Positions 27,700-41,851 of a DNA stretch of 64,000 nt are shown here, in pieces. This stretch comes from Eledone cirrhosa. Taxonomy: Eukaryota. Position 1 is the stretch's first letter. The number at the start of each line of letters is the position of its first letter. The DNA is taken from positions 230,950,001 through 231,014,000 of the forward strand of contig OZ024742.1 in NCBI GenBank assembly GCA_964016885.1. The letters are read 5' to 3'. A model generated the notes under the pieces. That model searched no databases. It saw only the letters and a program-made list of their open reading frames with translations, and was not told the origin of the DNA. The translations under genes were made by a program, and so were the position numbers.

Positions 27700-27880
27700 G
27701 ATTACATTAATATGATTCCAGTTCCTCAGTGAAATAACAACCCAACCAGGAACTGGGCATATCAGAGTATTGACAAAGTTATACACCTCAACAACATAAG
27801 TACTTGTCTATACCACACTAATTCGGACTGTCACCGAAATATATATAGCAGTAATAAACGAAACCAAATTTTAAACATTT
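27700..27880 (+). repeat. Family C element with the HHR core deleted (homolog of 51240-51440)
   Basis: Near-identical flanks; GGACTG is joined directly to TCACCGAAATATATATAGCAGTAATAAA. Confidence 0.85.
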
Positions 27881-28166
27881 TACTTATTTATTTTATTTTA
27901 TTTTATATATATATATATACACACAGACACACACACATTTTATATTCAGTCTATCGGTTCAGCTGTCAAAATGTTTCCAATGTTTATCCTTTCATAAACA
28001 GTTGTTTATTGATTGAGATTTAGAAGAAAAATGTTTTGTCATTCAGTACACCATTGATATTGTACTAGATGGGGAACATCGCATCGTATAGAGATAGATA
28101 TGCTTATTTGAATATAAATTTGAATATATATATATAAATATATGTGTGGGTATGTATACACATACA

Positions 28167-28255
<89 letters not shown>

Positions 28256-28492
28256 GGAATAGAATGAAAGGAAATTTCATTTCTTACTATTAGTACGGCA
28301 CTTACTTAAATGTAAGTATGTATGTATACGTACATACATATATGTATACAGACATACATATATGTATACATACTACTGTACGTCTGTATACATATATGTA
28401 TGTACGTATACATACATACTTACATATATATATATATATACGCACACATATATATATATACACACATATATATATATGTGTGTGTGTGTATA

Positions 28493-28546
<54 letters not shown>

Positions 28547-28613
28547 CATATACGTGCATATACACATACATTTATGTATATATATATATATATTCATGTT
28601 TATATTTATATCT

Positions 28614-28644
<31 letters not shown>

Positions 28645-28822
28645 TGTCTCTCTCTCTCTTTCTTTCTCCCTCTCTCCCTCTCTCTCTCTCTCTCTTTCTT
28701 TCTTTCTATATATATATATATATAGTCATACTCTAAACCTAAAGAGTCGAGTGTAGATATTTTAATGATTTTTTTCTCAACGTTTCGACACCATGCTGTA
28801 GAAAGTATTATAACATATATAC

Positions 28823-28924
<102 letters not shown>

Positions 28925-29006
28925 GGTAAACAGAAATAACAACACAATCGCTACAGTATATGGAAGGTATATATTAGGTTAACGCTTGATATAGCAGGAA
29001 GAGGGT

Positions 29007-29040
29007 CTTAACGTTTCGGACGCTAGTCCTTCATCAGAAG
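29007..29040 (-). ncRNA. Very minimal type I hammerhead
   Basis: cuu CUGAUGA a ggac uagc gucc GAAAC GUU aag. Stem III is loopless (AACGUU palindrome), so it would have to act as a dimer. A degenerate homolog lies at 43448-43482. Confidence 0.75.
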
Positions 29041-29141
29041 AAAGAATGAGAAATAAAATAGATTGAGGGGACGGGCGGGATGGAATTGGAAAAAATGTCT
29101 TTAGATAAAAATAACAGGTCCATTAATGTTGACATCTCTTG

Positions 29142-29204
<63 letters not shown>

Positions 29205-29949
29205 AAAATGGAGCGCTGCGTGGTTGCACATGGGTTACATATGAATAAAATTAGTCCTTCATCAGTGATCTTCCAACTTTCATTGATATTTCATCACTTT
29301 AAAAATCTTATACCTCTAGTTGGCGCGAGCAATAACAAATAAAGTTATTGGGACAAGTAAAATAGGGTGAAACGAGCGAGACATAAACAAACAACGATGG
29401 TATGGCAACGGAAAGATAGGAAGAGAAGAGCACATGAAATCTGTAAGCTTAAGCTTGTTGAATTCATGGGCGAGAGATGCAGACCATCCGACATGAGTGA
29501 GATGTGAGCGAGAAAAGGATTTCACACAGGTCAAACGGGAGGAAGTGAGAGAGAGGAGAAGCAGAGAGTGGGTGAGTGGAAGTGTTTATTCTGTTTTGAT
29601 AAGTTAATGTGTGAAGGTGTATTTACCACAATTGAATCCGACTTATCCCAATATCGATTCGGGATTAGCTCTTTCTAGATGTAATAACTTCACATATTAA
29701 TGAAACACATGAAAACATTAAGTAATAAATGATTTTTCTTCTTGTACAGTGAACGGTGTATTTGTGTAAGTTGTCTAATTATAATTATTACATGGATTAT
29801 CGATTGCGGCACATTCGAAAGATCTCCCTAAGAACTACTTCGAGCGGACATCCATTTGTTGAGTCCGACACAACTGTATGCTGCAATACTCCTTGATCCA
29901 CGTTCATAGATTAAAAAAAAAGAAACCGATTACTAATATACCTTATAAG

Positions 29950-30040
29950 ACGCGTGGCTGAGTGGTTAGCGAATTTGATTCGCAATCATGAGGTTGTGAG
30001 TTCGATTCCTAGATCACTTTATTTCACGTTGCTCCTTCTA
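29950..30040 (+). mobile_element. tRNA-headed SINE family 2 (internally deleted)
   Basis: A-box TGGCTGAGTGG, B-box GTTCGATTC, then CACTTTATTTCACGTTGCTCC as in 60845-60990. Confidence 0.7.
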
Positions 30041-30133
30041 CCTGGAGTTGCGACCGATAGATAGTATCAGCTATTGGAAAGACCAACGGAAACATTGTTT
30101 CTCGGTCCGATTTGACAAAAGTCGATCGACTGT

Positions 30134-30179
<46 letters not shown>

Positions 30180-30695
30180 GGGGGGGGGGGGTATTATATA
30201 CATTATATCAATATGTGGCACTTAATTAGAATACAAGTTTTACTTTGTATCTGATATCATTTATAATCTGTATAACATATAGCAGTATATTTTCTACAAC
30301 TACGTTCGTTTCACAGTTGCACAGTATACAACAAGCGTATTTGTCTCAGCATATTTTTAATGGTAAAACTTTGGCATCGACATGTGCAGACAAAAGATAC
30401 GTACTTAAATATAAGTATATGTGTGAGCGTGTGCGTCTATACATATTTATATTTAAGTGCGTATCTTTCGTGTAATATATCGTTTTGATATGATAATACA
30501 AATGGCAATACTTTTCTATATCAATGTCTGTGTATTCGATTGTATAGTTCAGTATATGTATTATATATATATATATTGAGTTTGAATTATTTTTCCCACA
30601 TCTTACGTTAACTATTTTCCCATTTTTGACACTATAGTCACTTATATATTATGAAATATTGTGTGCTTCTTGCTCATAATAATTTCTATACTTTT

Positions 30696-30756
<61 letters not shown>

Positions 30757-30807
30757 CATATATATATATGCATATATATATAAATGTACACACACACATA
30801 TATATAT

Positions 30808-30861
<54 letters not shown>

Positions 30862-30862
<1 letters not shown>

Positions 30863-31055
30863 TAACGAAGGAAATGTGGTAAGGAACCAGGTGGACCATA
30901 ACACACCAGAGTACTCAATGCTTAGAGTAGTAGAGTGGGTAATAGGAAAATGTTCAAAACTCCGACGGAGCTCAAGCCGTTTCAACGGCTATTTCAGTCC
31001 TGAAATAGCCGTCGAAACGGTTTGAGCTCTGCCGTCGGGGTTTTGAACATTTTCT

Positions 31056-31058
<3 letters not shown>
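30862..31058. repeat. Family B element, palindrome 30942-31058
   Basis: Centre ACGGCTATTTCAG-tc-CTGAAATAGCCGT; flanked by (TA)n. Confidence 0.9.
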
Positions 31059-31086
<28 letters not shown>

Positions 31087-31224
31087 AGTCCATAGAATCG
31101 TTAGATAAAATATATACAGTATTTCTTCTCCCAATCAGCATAAATCAACCAAAATCAACCAAAATCAACCAAAAACATATATATACATCTATGACTCTGT
31201 CTAGTTTATATGTATATACCATTT

Positions 31225-31265
<41 letters not shown>

Positions 31266-31287
31266 GTATATAACGTATATATATATA

Positions 31288-31337
<50 letters not shown>

Positions 31338-31359
31338 TATGTATTTTTTTTTTCATATG

Positions 31360-31415
<56 letters not shown>

Positions 31416-31965
31416 AATGTATGTATGTGTGATTATGACCCATAACGTAGTGGTTGACTGATAGGAGGTCGATAAATTGCATGCCATACTTGAAATAATA
31501 TAAGCACTGAGCTTAGTATAATCGATTATATCCTTTCAATGCGGTGCTCCATCAGGACCGCACTCCCATGACTGACACAAATAAAACATTTAAAAATTGA
31601 ATGATTAAACGGTTGAATTTTCATGCGGGCATTTCTATTAAGTATCTCTTGTGTTATGTATTTCGTTTTGATATGGGAATACGAACGACAATACGTTTTC
31701 TGCATCAATGTATGTTTATTCAATTGTATAGTTTAGTGAATGGTTTCAGAAGTCCTTTTTATTTTTTTTCCTTTAGAGTATTTATTTGGAAATATATACG
31801 TTAAAGAAAAATGTCCCTATCTGCTTCGTTTCTCAAAAAGCCACCTAGCTTTTAAAATCGTATGCCATCAAAGTAAACTCACTCGAAATGTCACTACACT
31901 TACCGCTACGCCTGTTAGTTTCCGTTTGAATATTTAAACCACTATATTATGCGTTTTTACTTTTG

Positions 31966-32196
<231 letters not shown>

Positions 32197-32974
32197 TGTG
32201 TGTGTGTGTGAGTGTGTGTGTTTGTGCGTACGTGCGTGTGTCAGAAACAAACACATATATGTGACTGCGTATATATATATATATATATATATAGGGAGAG
32301 AGAGAGGGGGGGAGAAAGAGAGAGAGATGTGTGTGTGAGTTGGATTTCTCTCTCATACACTAACAGACAACATTTGCAACTCATTTCGAGCTTCTCGTCT
32401 TATCGATACTCAAGAAAATGACAAAGTGAATCAAACGAATATATATTTTGTATACCCTTAACTACTGGTGGAGTCGTGTGGGTGACGTCGGTGCCGGCAT
32501 CCCATACCGTGTATCTCGGTCACTTAAACTAGATGAAGCCCATCCTCCACCCGGTCGATTGTTTCCAGATAAATAGGGACTGGGGTAGAGAATATCGACT
32601 TTAGTGTTGAACTAGTATCTTAATTATAGACATAGAAAAAGGGAAAAGCAAAGTTAGCCTGGACATGTTTTGGACTCAGAACGCAGAGAGCCAAAATAAA
32701 CTCCGCAAAGCATTCTATCCGACATCCTAACGAAATAAAATTTGCAAAAATTGAATTTTTTTTAGGTGAATAAGAATCGAATATAAGCTGTTGAATATCT
32801 TCATCGACAAAAGGAAACTGTATTAAACACGGCAATCTAAATATTTCACCCACTCTGTGGTTGGGAATAATTCAACAGAATATTCTGATTTGTAACGATA
32901 AAAATTGTTCGGATAACAACATAAATTATATTTATATGGAACCGAGGTTCAAATTGTGTAACAATTAATAGTAT

Positions 32975-33398
32975 TGGTGGATTGAAAGTATCGGTAGAAC
33001 GACGGACATCATGCTTTGTGGCATACAGTTACGGCTCTTTACATTCTGAGTTCAAATCCCGCCGGGTTTAGCTTTGCCTCTCATCCTTACGTGATCGATA
33101 AAATAAAGTATCAATAACGCACTGAGGTCAATTTATGCGAATTTTCCCTATTCCTAAAATTGTTAACCCTGCGCCTAAATCAGGACGGTGGATTAGCAGT
33201 AGCGATAGATCATCGGACAACATGCTTTGCGGCACATAGTTACGGCCCTTTACGTTCTGCGTTCAATTCTCACCGAGTTTAATTTTGTCTTTCATCCTTA
33301 CAGAGTCAATAAAATAAAGTACCAATAACGGGTTGTTTCAATCGATACCTCGCCCCTTAAAATTACTTGCCTCGTGTTAAAAGTAGAAACGATTATTA
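32975..33398 (+). mobile_element. Two tandem SINE family 1 copies
   Basis: Two successive GGTGGATT..GTTCAA..TCATCCTTAC..ATAAAATAAAGTA units. Confidence 0.8.
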
Positions 33399-34364
33399 AT
33401 TCTTAAAACCTTTATCTAAGATCTTTCACGCGCTTTGAAGATGTTGACAGAAACTTCACTTGAAACCATTTGCAGTAGAACCAATGTAGTCTTTAGAATC
33501 AAAATTATCAGTCATAGATACTTTCGCATGCTAAACGAACGATTTGAAAGACAAATTATTTCAAAAAGATTGGATATCCGTTTGAGATTTTTAATACTTA
33601 TATTGGTTTATCTTGCGTAGATATTGTGTGGACACCTAAAAAAATATTAACATTTCAATTCAAAGTCTTAGAATATTTATGATTCTTCAAAAAATATTTA
33701 TTTATATGAAATGAAGCAGGCGGTGTATAAATTAAATTTGTCTTTGCTGTGTGGAGTCATCAATACGACTCGTCACAGCATAAGAGGTGGTAACACATTG
33801 ACCGTGTTCGTTTTTACTTATATGGAATAAATGTGGGGGTTTAGTTTGAAATGTAAATCTATGTATTTTTATGAAGTTTGAATGCATTATTGATGCGGAG
33901 AGAAAATATCGATAAACAGTTTATATTATCAATTTTATGCATACATTTTTGTAATGGTGATATTCCTTTAAGTTGGTGAAACGGCAGAGTGAAAGGAAGT
34001 CAAATTTGCCTCGGCATATGTTCAGTTTCAGTGCGTTCTCAGTTCAAATCCTGCCGAGGACCAAGATCATTGAATAAAACATCTAACCAAACGTAAAATA
34101 CCGAAGACACGCCATACGTTAGATGGTGCGCTTACAACTCCATCTGGAGTTATGAAGACTATGTGTACGCATGCGTGTATATTCAGTAATTCTTCTTATT
34201 CTTTTGCTAGTTTCAGTGGTTAAGCTGCGATTATGATAGACACCTCATACAAGGGATTTACTTGATCATATCGACATACCATCCCAGTACTTAATTTTCT
34301 TCAAGTCTGATACTTATTTTATCGATCTCGTCATGTCAACGGATAGGCGACGAGAGTTGAACAC

Positions 34365-34635
34365 AGACACCAACAGGTTACCCGAGTAGCCATGGGTGCA
34401 AGAACGGGCTCTAACTACGCCAACCTATTCGTCAGCCACTTTCAGGCCCAAATCTTTGCCCAGTACACCGACCCCCCCCCCCATCCCCGAAGAATGCGGC
34501 CGTTATATTGATGACTGCTTATGTGCCACATCACTCACCCGAGAAAAGCTCGACAACTGTCTCTCTTTTCTCTGTTCCTTCCACACCGCCCTCAACTTCA
34601 CTACCTCCATCTCCACCACCTCCATTCACTACATA
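34365..34635 (+). pseudogene. PLE reverse transcriptase fragment (Penelope/Poseidon-like, YIDD)
   Basis: QQVTRVAMGARTGSNYANLFV (frameshift) RYIDDCLCATSLTREKLDNCLSFLCSFHTALNFT matches QxxGVAMGxxxGPNYANLFV...YIDDC...NSFHPALKFT. Confidence 0.85.
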
Positions 34636-34653
34636 CAAACATCTGCAGACACA

Positions 34654-34716
<63 letters not shown>

Positions 34717-34899
34717 AGGCTGCCAACTCGTTTTCGAGTACGGCCACTACTTTATATCCATGTAGGAGAACTCCTACCGATGCGCTGAACGAGTGTGACT
34801 TTTTAGTTCAGCCAGCGAATTGAAAACTCTGGTACAAACACTACACTTGTGACAATTATTGACACATAGTGCTGGGCCCATGGTACCATGTGACGACAA

Positions 34900-35170
34900 G
34901 TGCAGAGAGATCTCCAGATATAAAGCAATGCCTGTGCCGTGAAGCTTTTATAGTGAGCAAAGGCACTGCACAAAGCCAGTCCCACTCTCTTAACCAAGAT
35001 GATATTTACCAAAAAGAAGAACAAGTCAACATCATTGGATACCATCAGGGTTGCAGGTGTTATATCAGAGTTTTCCTTCTCCTAGAATTCTGCCTTGACA
35101 AAGGCTAAGGGGTCATCTCTCCCGGTGATTTTGGATGCCCATTGACTCTTAAGAGCTCCTTTGCCCTTTG
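34900..35170 (+). repeat. Dispersed repeat shared with 42345-42630 (possibly a LINE 5' region)
   Basis: Shared AAGCAATGCCTGTGC..CCCACTCTCT..CAACATCAT..CAGAGTTT.CC.TCTCCTAGAA..TTGGATG.CC.TTGACTCT. Confidence 0.7.
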
Positions 35171-35266
35171 TATATATATATATACAAACAAATATCTACA
35201 TATATATATTTATGTACATATATATATATACAAGTATATATATATATATACAAGTATATATATATA

Positions 35267-35473
35267 TAGGAAAGGAGTCAGGACCCCGACCGTAGAGCTC
35301 AACCCGTTTGGACGGCTATTTCTGCCCTCAAAGTCCAGAAATAGCCGTCGAAACTGCTTGAACTCTGCCGTCGGGGTCCTGACTACTTTCCTATTACCCA
35401 CTCTACTACCCAAAGTATCGAGTACTCTGGTGCGTTATGGTCCACCTGGTTCCTTACCACACTTCCTTCATTA
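35267..35473. repeat. Family B element, palindrome 35267-35393
   Basis: Centre GACGGCTATTTCTG-ccctcaaagtc-CAGAAATAGCCGTC. Confidence 0.88.
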
Positions 35474-35602
35474 TATATATATATATTATATATTGTATAT
35501 TATGAAATACTGTTGGCTTCACGCTCACAATAATTTCTATACTTTCATTTACATATATATATATATACAAATATATACAAATATCTATTTTTATATATAT
35601 AT

Positions 35603-35673
<71 letters not shown>

Positions 35674-35967
35674 CAAATATCTACTTTTATACTTAAAGAC
35701 ACCGGCTTATCCTTACACTAGATATAATACACCCTACGACAGTTTTTACATATCAATTTTATACATCTGCCTCATGTCAGCTAGTTTTACACGCTAAAAT
35801 CGTAGATATACTATACTTCCCACCTAGATTGATGTTGTGATTATTTCAAATAATTTATTGCTAGCATTGTTGATATTGTTGTTATTGTTCTGACTGAATG
35901 CCATTACTACTACATATAGTAGCCTGTATATTCTTTTCATGCCTGTATATTCTTTTCATTCTCGCAA

Positions 35968-36073
35968 GCTCAGATGAACTGACTGGTTATAACTTTGTAT
36001 TGGCGATCGAGTAACGTGAAAATAAGCGGATAGCGATCTCTAGACCTACCAGTTCAGAGAAACAATTGTCAGC
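35968..36073 (+). ncRNA. Hammerhead with long stem II (core U4A mutated), related to the PLE pLTR ribozyme
   Basis: gcu CAGAUGA acugacuggu...accaguucaga GAAAC aauu GUC agc, then AUUAAA. The insert is homologous to 50488-50569. Confidence 0.7.
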
Positions 36074-36125
36074 AATGAGATTAAAAACCTGTTATATATA
36101 TATATATATATAATATCTACTTATT

Positions 36126-36179
<54 letters not shown>

Positions 36180-36183
36180 CTAC

Positions 36184-36214
<31 letters not shown>

Positions 36215-36222
36215 ATATCTAC

Positions 36223-36277
<55 letters not shown>

Positions 36278-36439
36278 ATTATATATATATTATATATATA
36301 TATTATATATATATATATATTATATATATATAATATATATATTATATAAATATATATTATATATATATATATTATATATATATATATTATATATATATAT
36401 TATATATATATTATATATATATATTATATATATATATAT

Positions 36440-36524
<85 letters not shown>

Positions 36525-37353
36525 GACAGGCTTCTGCCTACCAAATATGTGTTGCTACAAGCTCGTCGTACCTTTAAATTAGATAAACTCTAACGATATT
36601 TCCTAGTCATAGTGAAGCGAAAATTTGTTATTTTCTTTTATTTATTTGTTTGTTCTGTTTTTTGTTTCGTCGTGTTTTGTTTTGTTTTGTTTTTTTGTTT
36701 TTTTTTGTTGGGGTTTTTTTTGTATTTCTTTTTTTTTATGGTATTTCCAAGTAGGTGAAATTCTTTGACTAAATAATCTCATAAGAGTTTAAAACTTTCA
36801 AAGAACAACATCTCTGAACTCAATAATAATAAATAGATTATAGAAAGTTATCGATTAACGTTCGTTAGTTGTTTAGTCGTTCTTACGAAGGTTGCTTGTG
36901 AAGAAACTTGTTGTCAATCATCTCCACACAGAAGTACACGGCGAAATCAGATTAAATATTAAATCTACACTTATGTCATATGACCGTCAAATGTAACGTT
37001 TTAAATCTTTTTGAACATAAATTTTTACTAGTCACATGATGGTAAGTATAGTATATTTTTTTCCTCTCATCAAAATAACTGTCGTCTGATGTGACATATC
37101 TGTACCAAGGCGGCGAACTGGCAGACTCGTTGGAATATCATTGAATAGAATGCTTTGTATTATTCGTTCCAGTTCATTGCACATGAGTTCAACTCCCACC
37201 ATAGTCATTTCTGCATTTACATCCTTTGGAGGTAGATGAATAAGATTCTAGTCCTATTCTTCCATGTTTGAATGCACAAGACACGCACTTCTACCAACCC
37301 ATCAGGTGTTCAGGGTAAAAGAAACATCTGCACCTGAAAAGAACAAAGAGAAT

Positions 37354-37430
<77 letters not shown>

Positions 37431-37515
37431 AAAAGTTCTATTTAAATTGTTGGGACACAACAAGCAAATATTTTTATAACTGATATAAAGCACTCAACAA
37501 ATAATTGGAGTAAAA

Positions 37516-38032
37516 ATACGATATTAACAAATGGAAACTATATTTATAAAACCATATTTATTTCATTATATATATTTCAAGGACACCAAGTTAAATTATG
37601 GTGTGCTTTCATCAGATAAAATATAATATAGAGCAGTTTTATAAATAAATATTGACATACCTTTAAAGAATGCAACCATTACTGTTGGAAGCTCCCGGAT
37701 AGTGGGGTTATAACTTTATTTATACTATTATGTAAATTAGTATTGGATATTTTTAAATAAGCCATTGGGTTACAGAGAAAGAGAGAAAGAGAGAGAGAAG
37801 AACAAGAGAGAGAAAAAAGAAAAAAGAGAGAGAGAAAAGAGAAAGAGAAGAGAGAGCGAAAGCTCTAAGTGATAGGTTGCATTCTTTAAGGGTATGTCAA
37901 TATTTATTTATAAAACTGCTCTATATTATATTTTATCTGATGAAAGCACACCATAATTTAACTTGGTGTCCTTGAAATATGTATAATGAAATAAATATGG
38001 TTTTATAAATATAGTTTCCATTTGTTAATATC

Positions 38033-38036
<4 letters not shown>
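37516..38036. repeat. Head-to-head pair of family A elements (~162-bp arms), each with a complete hammerhead (37562-37620 minus, 37931-37990 plus)
   Basis: The arms are near-perfect reverse complements. HHR: uuuau CUGAUGA aagcacacca..ugguguccuu GAAA uau(a/g)ua UA aug. Confidence 0.9.
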
Positions 38037-38065
<29 letters not shown>

Positions 38066-38159
38066 CTCACAGTGTGATTACAGTAAATATTTATAAATAT
38101 AAATACATACGAGAAAATTGAGATGTTTCTTGAAAACATCTACATGCAAACCTTGTAAA

Positions 38160-38880
38160 CCTTTTTTGGCAGCTTATTAAAGAGCTAGTGTCCTTTGAAC
38201 CCCAGGCTATAGCAATATGTGGTCCTTCTTCATGATGCACATGATTGAATCTTTGGCACTGCATAGTAGCGTCCTGTTCGTGGGTTGGTCCGGCCCTCAG
38301 TGACGATGGTTGGTGCTAGCCTTTCTAGGATCTTCCATACGCATATTTGTGCTCATTTCTCCCCTCTTCGCTCCAAGGAGTAATGCTTTAGTTCTTTTAG
38401 CCTTCTTCTAGTAGCTCATCTCTTTCATTGGGGCATTTCTCTTGCTGTGGCATCGTTGGATTGCTTCACGTTCTGTGGTTAGTTTGACACTGTGGGACGA
38501 CCATAACTGAGAGCAATAAGCCTGTCGACTGAGGGCAAAAGTCCTCCAGAGGACCAACATGGTTTCTAGGTCTCTTGTCCTGAAAGTCCTCAGAATCTAA
38601 CCCACTAATCGTCTACACATTTCGATTCTTCCTGGTTCAGTCTTGTAGGGGCCCTGTATTTTGGGTTGATAACGAGGTCTAGAAACTTACCTGCATTAAA
38701 TTGCGTCTGGTTGTGGTCAGCCCATTTGTATATGGCATCTAAATCGTGTTGTAAGAGAGTAACATCAGTCAGTTTCTTGATTGCCTGTACTACTTTCGTG
38801 CCATCAGCATAGCTGATGAGGGGGGTTGTTACAGAGCGCATGCCTGGGAGAGATACTATAAACAGTAGAGGTCCCAAGAC
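38160..38880 (-). mobile_element. CR1/L2-like LINE ORF2 (RT) fragment
   Basis: LGPLLFIV...YADGTKV...LQHDLDAIYKWA...FNAGKF, then ILRTFRTRD..MLVLWRTFALSR.AYCSQLWS...IQR...RLKELKHYSLERR. Confidence 0.85.
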
Positions 38881-39094
38881 ATATATAATTATATATATCT
38901 AAGGAGCTAGGGTAACCAGAAGCTTAACCTGGGCTGAACTATCGCAAGGGATCGATCTTCTTCAAATGCCCCCCCCCCCCGTACAACAGAACAGTAATCC
39001 TCGAGTTACCTCCCCCGTCACTCAACTACTGAGATTTGCTGTGCAAGAATCCAACCAGCTTATAAATATTTCCATTCTTGCTATGACCACACAC

Positions 39095-39130
39095 GAGTTG
39101 AAGAATCTTTAGAGTGAAACACGTGTTCTC
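39095..39130 (+). ncRNA. Degenerate minimal hammerhead
   Basis: gag UUGAAGA aucuuuagagu GAAAC acgu GUU cuc; palindromic stem III ACACGUGU, C3 mutated. Confidence 0.55.
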
Positions 39131-39235
39131 AGATATGGTTTGTTAATTTGTTGTGGAACTAACTCTATACCGAACTTGTCCTTTGTATTGAGTACTCTAC
39201 CAACTTTGGATAGACCTCCAGATTTTTCACTATAC

Positions 39236-39267
<32 letters not shown>

Positions 39268-39270
39268 AAT

Positions 39271-39313
<43 letters not shown>

Positions 39314-39376
39314 GCGTATACTTGTATGTAGCTGTATGTTAACGGAACCCTGCCCAACTGTGAGTGATAACATTTC

Positions 39377-39411
<35 letters not shown>

Positions 39412-39543
39412 TTTTTATTTTACTCTTTTCTTATTTTACTCCTTTTACTTTACTCTTTAAACTCCTCCCAACTTATGGTATCCCCACATATATTCTTCTG
39501 TTTTGGCTTTGTCAATGCTTGTATACTATGTATTTACTCTTTA

Positions 39544-39589
39544 TGCTCTGAAGAGTCCCACTTCTAGTGTGGACGAAACACTGTTAGCA
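39544..39589 (+). ncRNA. Minimal type I hammerhead
   Basis: ugcu CUGAAGA gucccacu-ucu-agug-u-ggac GAAAC acu GUU agca AUUAAA. Confidence 0.85.
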
Positions 39590-39631
39590 ATTAAAGATAT
39601 ACCTATGTTCTAAGCGCTCTTTGTTGTTAAT

Positions 39632-39678
<47 letters not shown>

Positions 39679-39681
<3 letters not shown>

Positions 39682-40440
39682 TAAAGTTAGTCCTTCATCA
39701 GTGATCTTCCAACCTTCATTGGTATTTCATCGCTTTAAAGACCATATACTTCCTTCCGGTTGGTGCGAGCAACGGCTAAAGAAAGTCGCTGGGACACGTA
39801 AATAAGGGGAACGAGCGAGACTGTAAACAATCAAAGATGGTAATGCAACGAAAGGTGAGGAAGAAAGAGTCAAGTCCCAGATTTCTATGAATGTAAGTTC
39901 GATGAAATCGTGAACGAGAGAGAATAAAGACCATCAAACCTAGTCGAAATGTGAGCAAGGAAGGAATTCCGCACAGGTCAAACGGGAGGAAGAAGGAGTC
40001 TTGTCCCTGAATTCGGTGAACATAAGTTCTGTGAAATGGTAGACAAGAGAGAAAAAAGGAGCAACCAGCCTGGTCAAGCGTGCGCAAGAAAAGAATTACG
40101 CACAGGTCAAACGGGATGAAGTAGTAGAGGTAGTAGCAGAGAGTGAGTGAGTGAAGGGTGAGGAAGAGGCTAACAGAGAGAGTCACTGTTAGAGAGGGTA
40201 AAGGGAGGTGAACGATACAGAGAAAGAGGAAGCAGTAAGAACGAAATAGACGGGTCATAGCGGATGAAAATATATGTGTGAATATGAAAACAAACGTGCT
40301 GCGTGGTTGCAAATGGGTTACATATGAATAAAGTTAGTCCTTCATCAGTGATCTTCCAACCTTCATTGGTATTTCATCGCTTTAAAGACCATATACCTCC
40401 GGTTGGTGCGAGCAACGGCTAAAGAAAGTCGTTGGGACAC
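39679..40440 (-). mobile_element. Family D element with ~115-bp direct terminal repeats (period 647 bp)
   Basis: 39679-39798 is repeated at 40326-40440. Each repeat has CUGAUGAaggacuaac on the minus strand without the GAAA half. Confidence 0.8.
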
Positions 40441-40599
40441 ATATATCAACTAGAGCTAAATTGTAGAGCTAAATCGGTTGAAAGGACTCGGCTGCTATTT
40501 ATAGCTGTCGACAACCCTATTCACGCCAATGGGAGGACGCTAGCATGTTGTTAGTTGTTTTAGAATTGCAACACGTGCGACGGATCACTCGCAGATTTG

Positions 40600-40950
40600 C
40601 ATTTGATGTGTAAGCACGGATAGTTATTTCTTCCCCCTTGCTGAAAATCCAAGATTTGACTACTGTGACTTTACGGATTATTGGTGAAATATATTTCTTT
40701 AATGAAATATATACAAATAGGATTAATCAATTTTTAAAAGGTAATATTTGAAGTTGTAGTTAAACTTTAATTAGTTACCTACCTAGCTATGTGTGATTAC
40801 ACACTTTACAAATTATCCCCTGTCATTGTTTCATGTGTTTATTTTAAATATTTATATATATGTCAATCAATTTCTAGTTGATATAAAACTGCTCGGATCT
40901 ATTCATTGGAATCTTTGAGCTTATTCTACGGTGGATATGGCGCATGACTC
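40600..40950. repeat. Dispersed repeat, reverse complement of 45360-45670
   Basis: Shared AATCAATTTCTAGTTG.TATAAAA.TGCTCGGA..TATTCATT.GAATCTT.GAGCTTATT.TACGG...GATATGGCGCATG. The 45.4-kb copy has an internal ~75-bp inverted repeat (45423-45496 / 45764-45837). Confidence 0.75.
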
Positions 40951-40993
40951 CCTTAATTTAATTTAATTTAATTTAATTTAATTTAATTTATTT

Positions 40994-41094
<101 letters not shown>

Positions 41095-41106
41095 ATATAC
41101 ATATAA

Positions 41107-41136
<30 letters not shown>

Positions 41137-41138
<2 letters not shown>

Positions 41139-41851
41139 TTCGTTTCTGAATTTGTTTAGCAAGATTCTTTATCTGAAAACGTGTGTTGAAACCGATATTG
41201 TTATGCTTTGGGAGGGTCATGTTGCCAATAAGAAACACACGCACCAGTTGATTTCACTCCAATTTATTATAAATTAAATTTATAAATTTAAGAATTTATA
41301 AATTTCCGGTTGGTTGGTTCCACAACCGGACGGTTGTTCATATATTGTCAAAGTTCTTTCGTCACACATACTGTGACCTCTTCAGTGACTGGGGATTATT
41401 TTCTTTGTTTTTGTGCCTCTCCTTTGTTCTGTCCTACGCCATCTTACACACAAAAACAAAGTATAACAATATATATATATTGTTATACTTTGGGAGGGTC
41501 ATGTTGCCAATAAGAAACACACGCACCAGTTGATTTCACTCCAATTTATTATATATTTATAAATTTATAAATTTACAAATCTACAAACTTATAAATTTCT
41601 GGTTGGCTGGTTGGTTCCACAACCATATAGTTGTTTATATATAGTCATAGTCCTTTCGTCACACACTCTGTGACCTCTTCAGTGACTGGGGATTCCTTTC
41701 TTTGTTTCTGTGCCTTTCCTTTCTTCTGTCCTACGCCATTTTGTTTCAAAAATTTTGAAACAAAATGGCGTAGGACCCTCCCAAAGTATAACAATATCGG
41801 TTTCAACACACGATTTCAGATAAAGAATCTTGCTAAACAAATTCAGAAACG

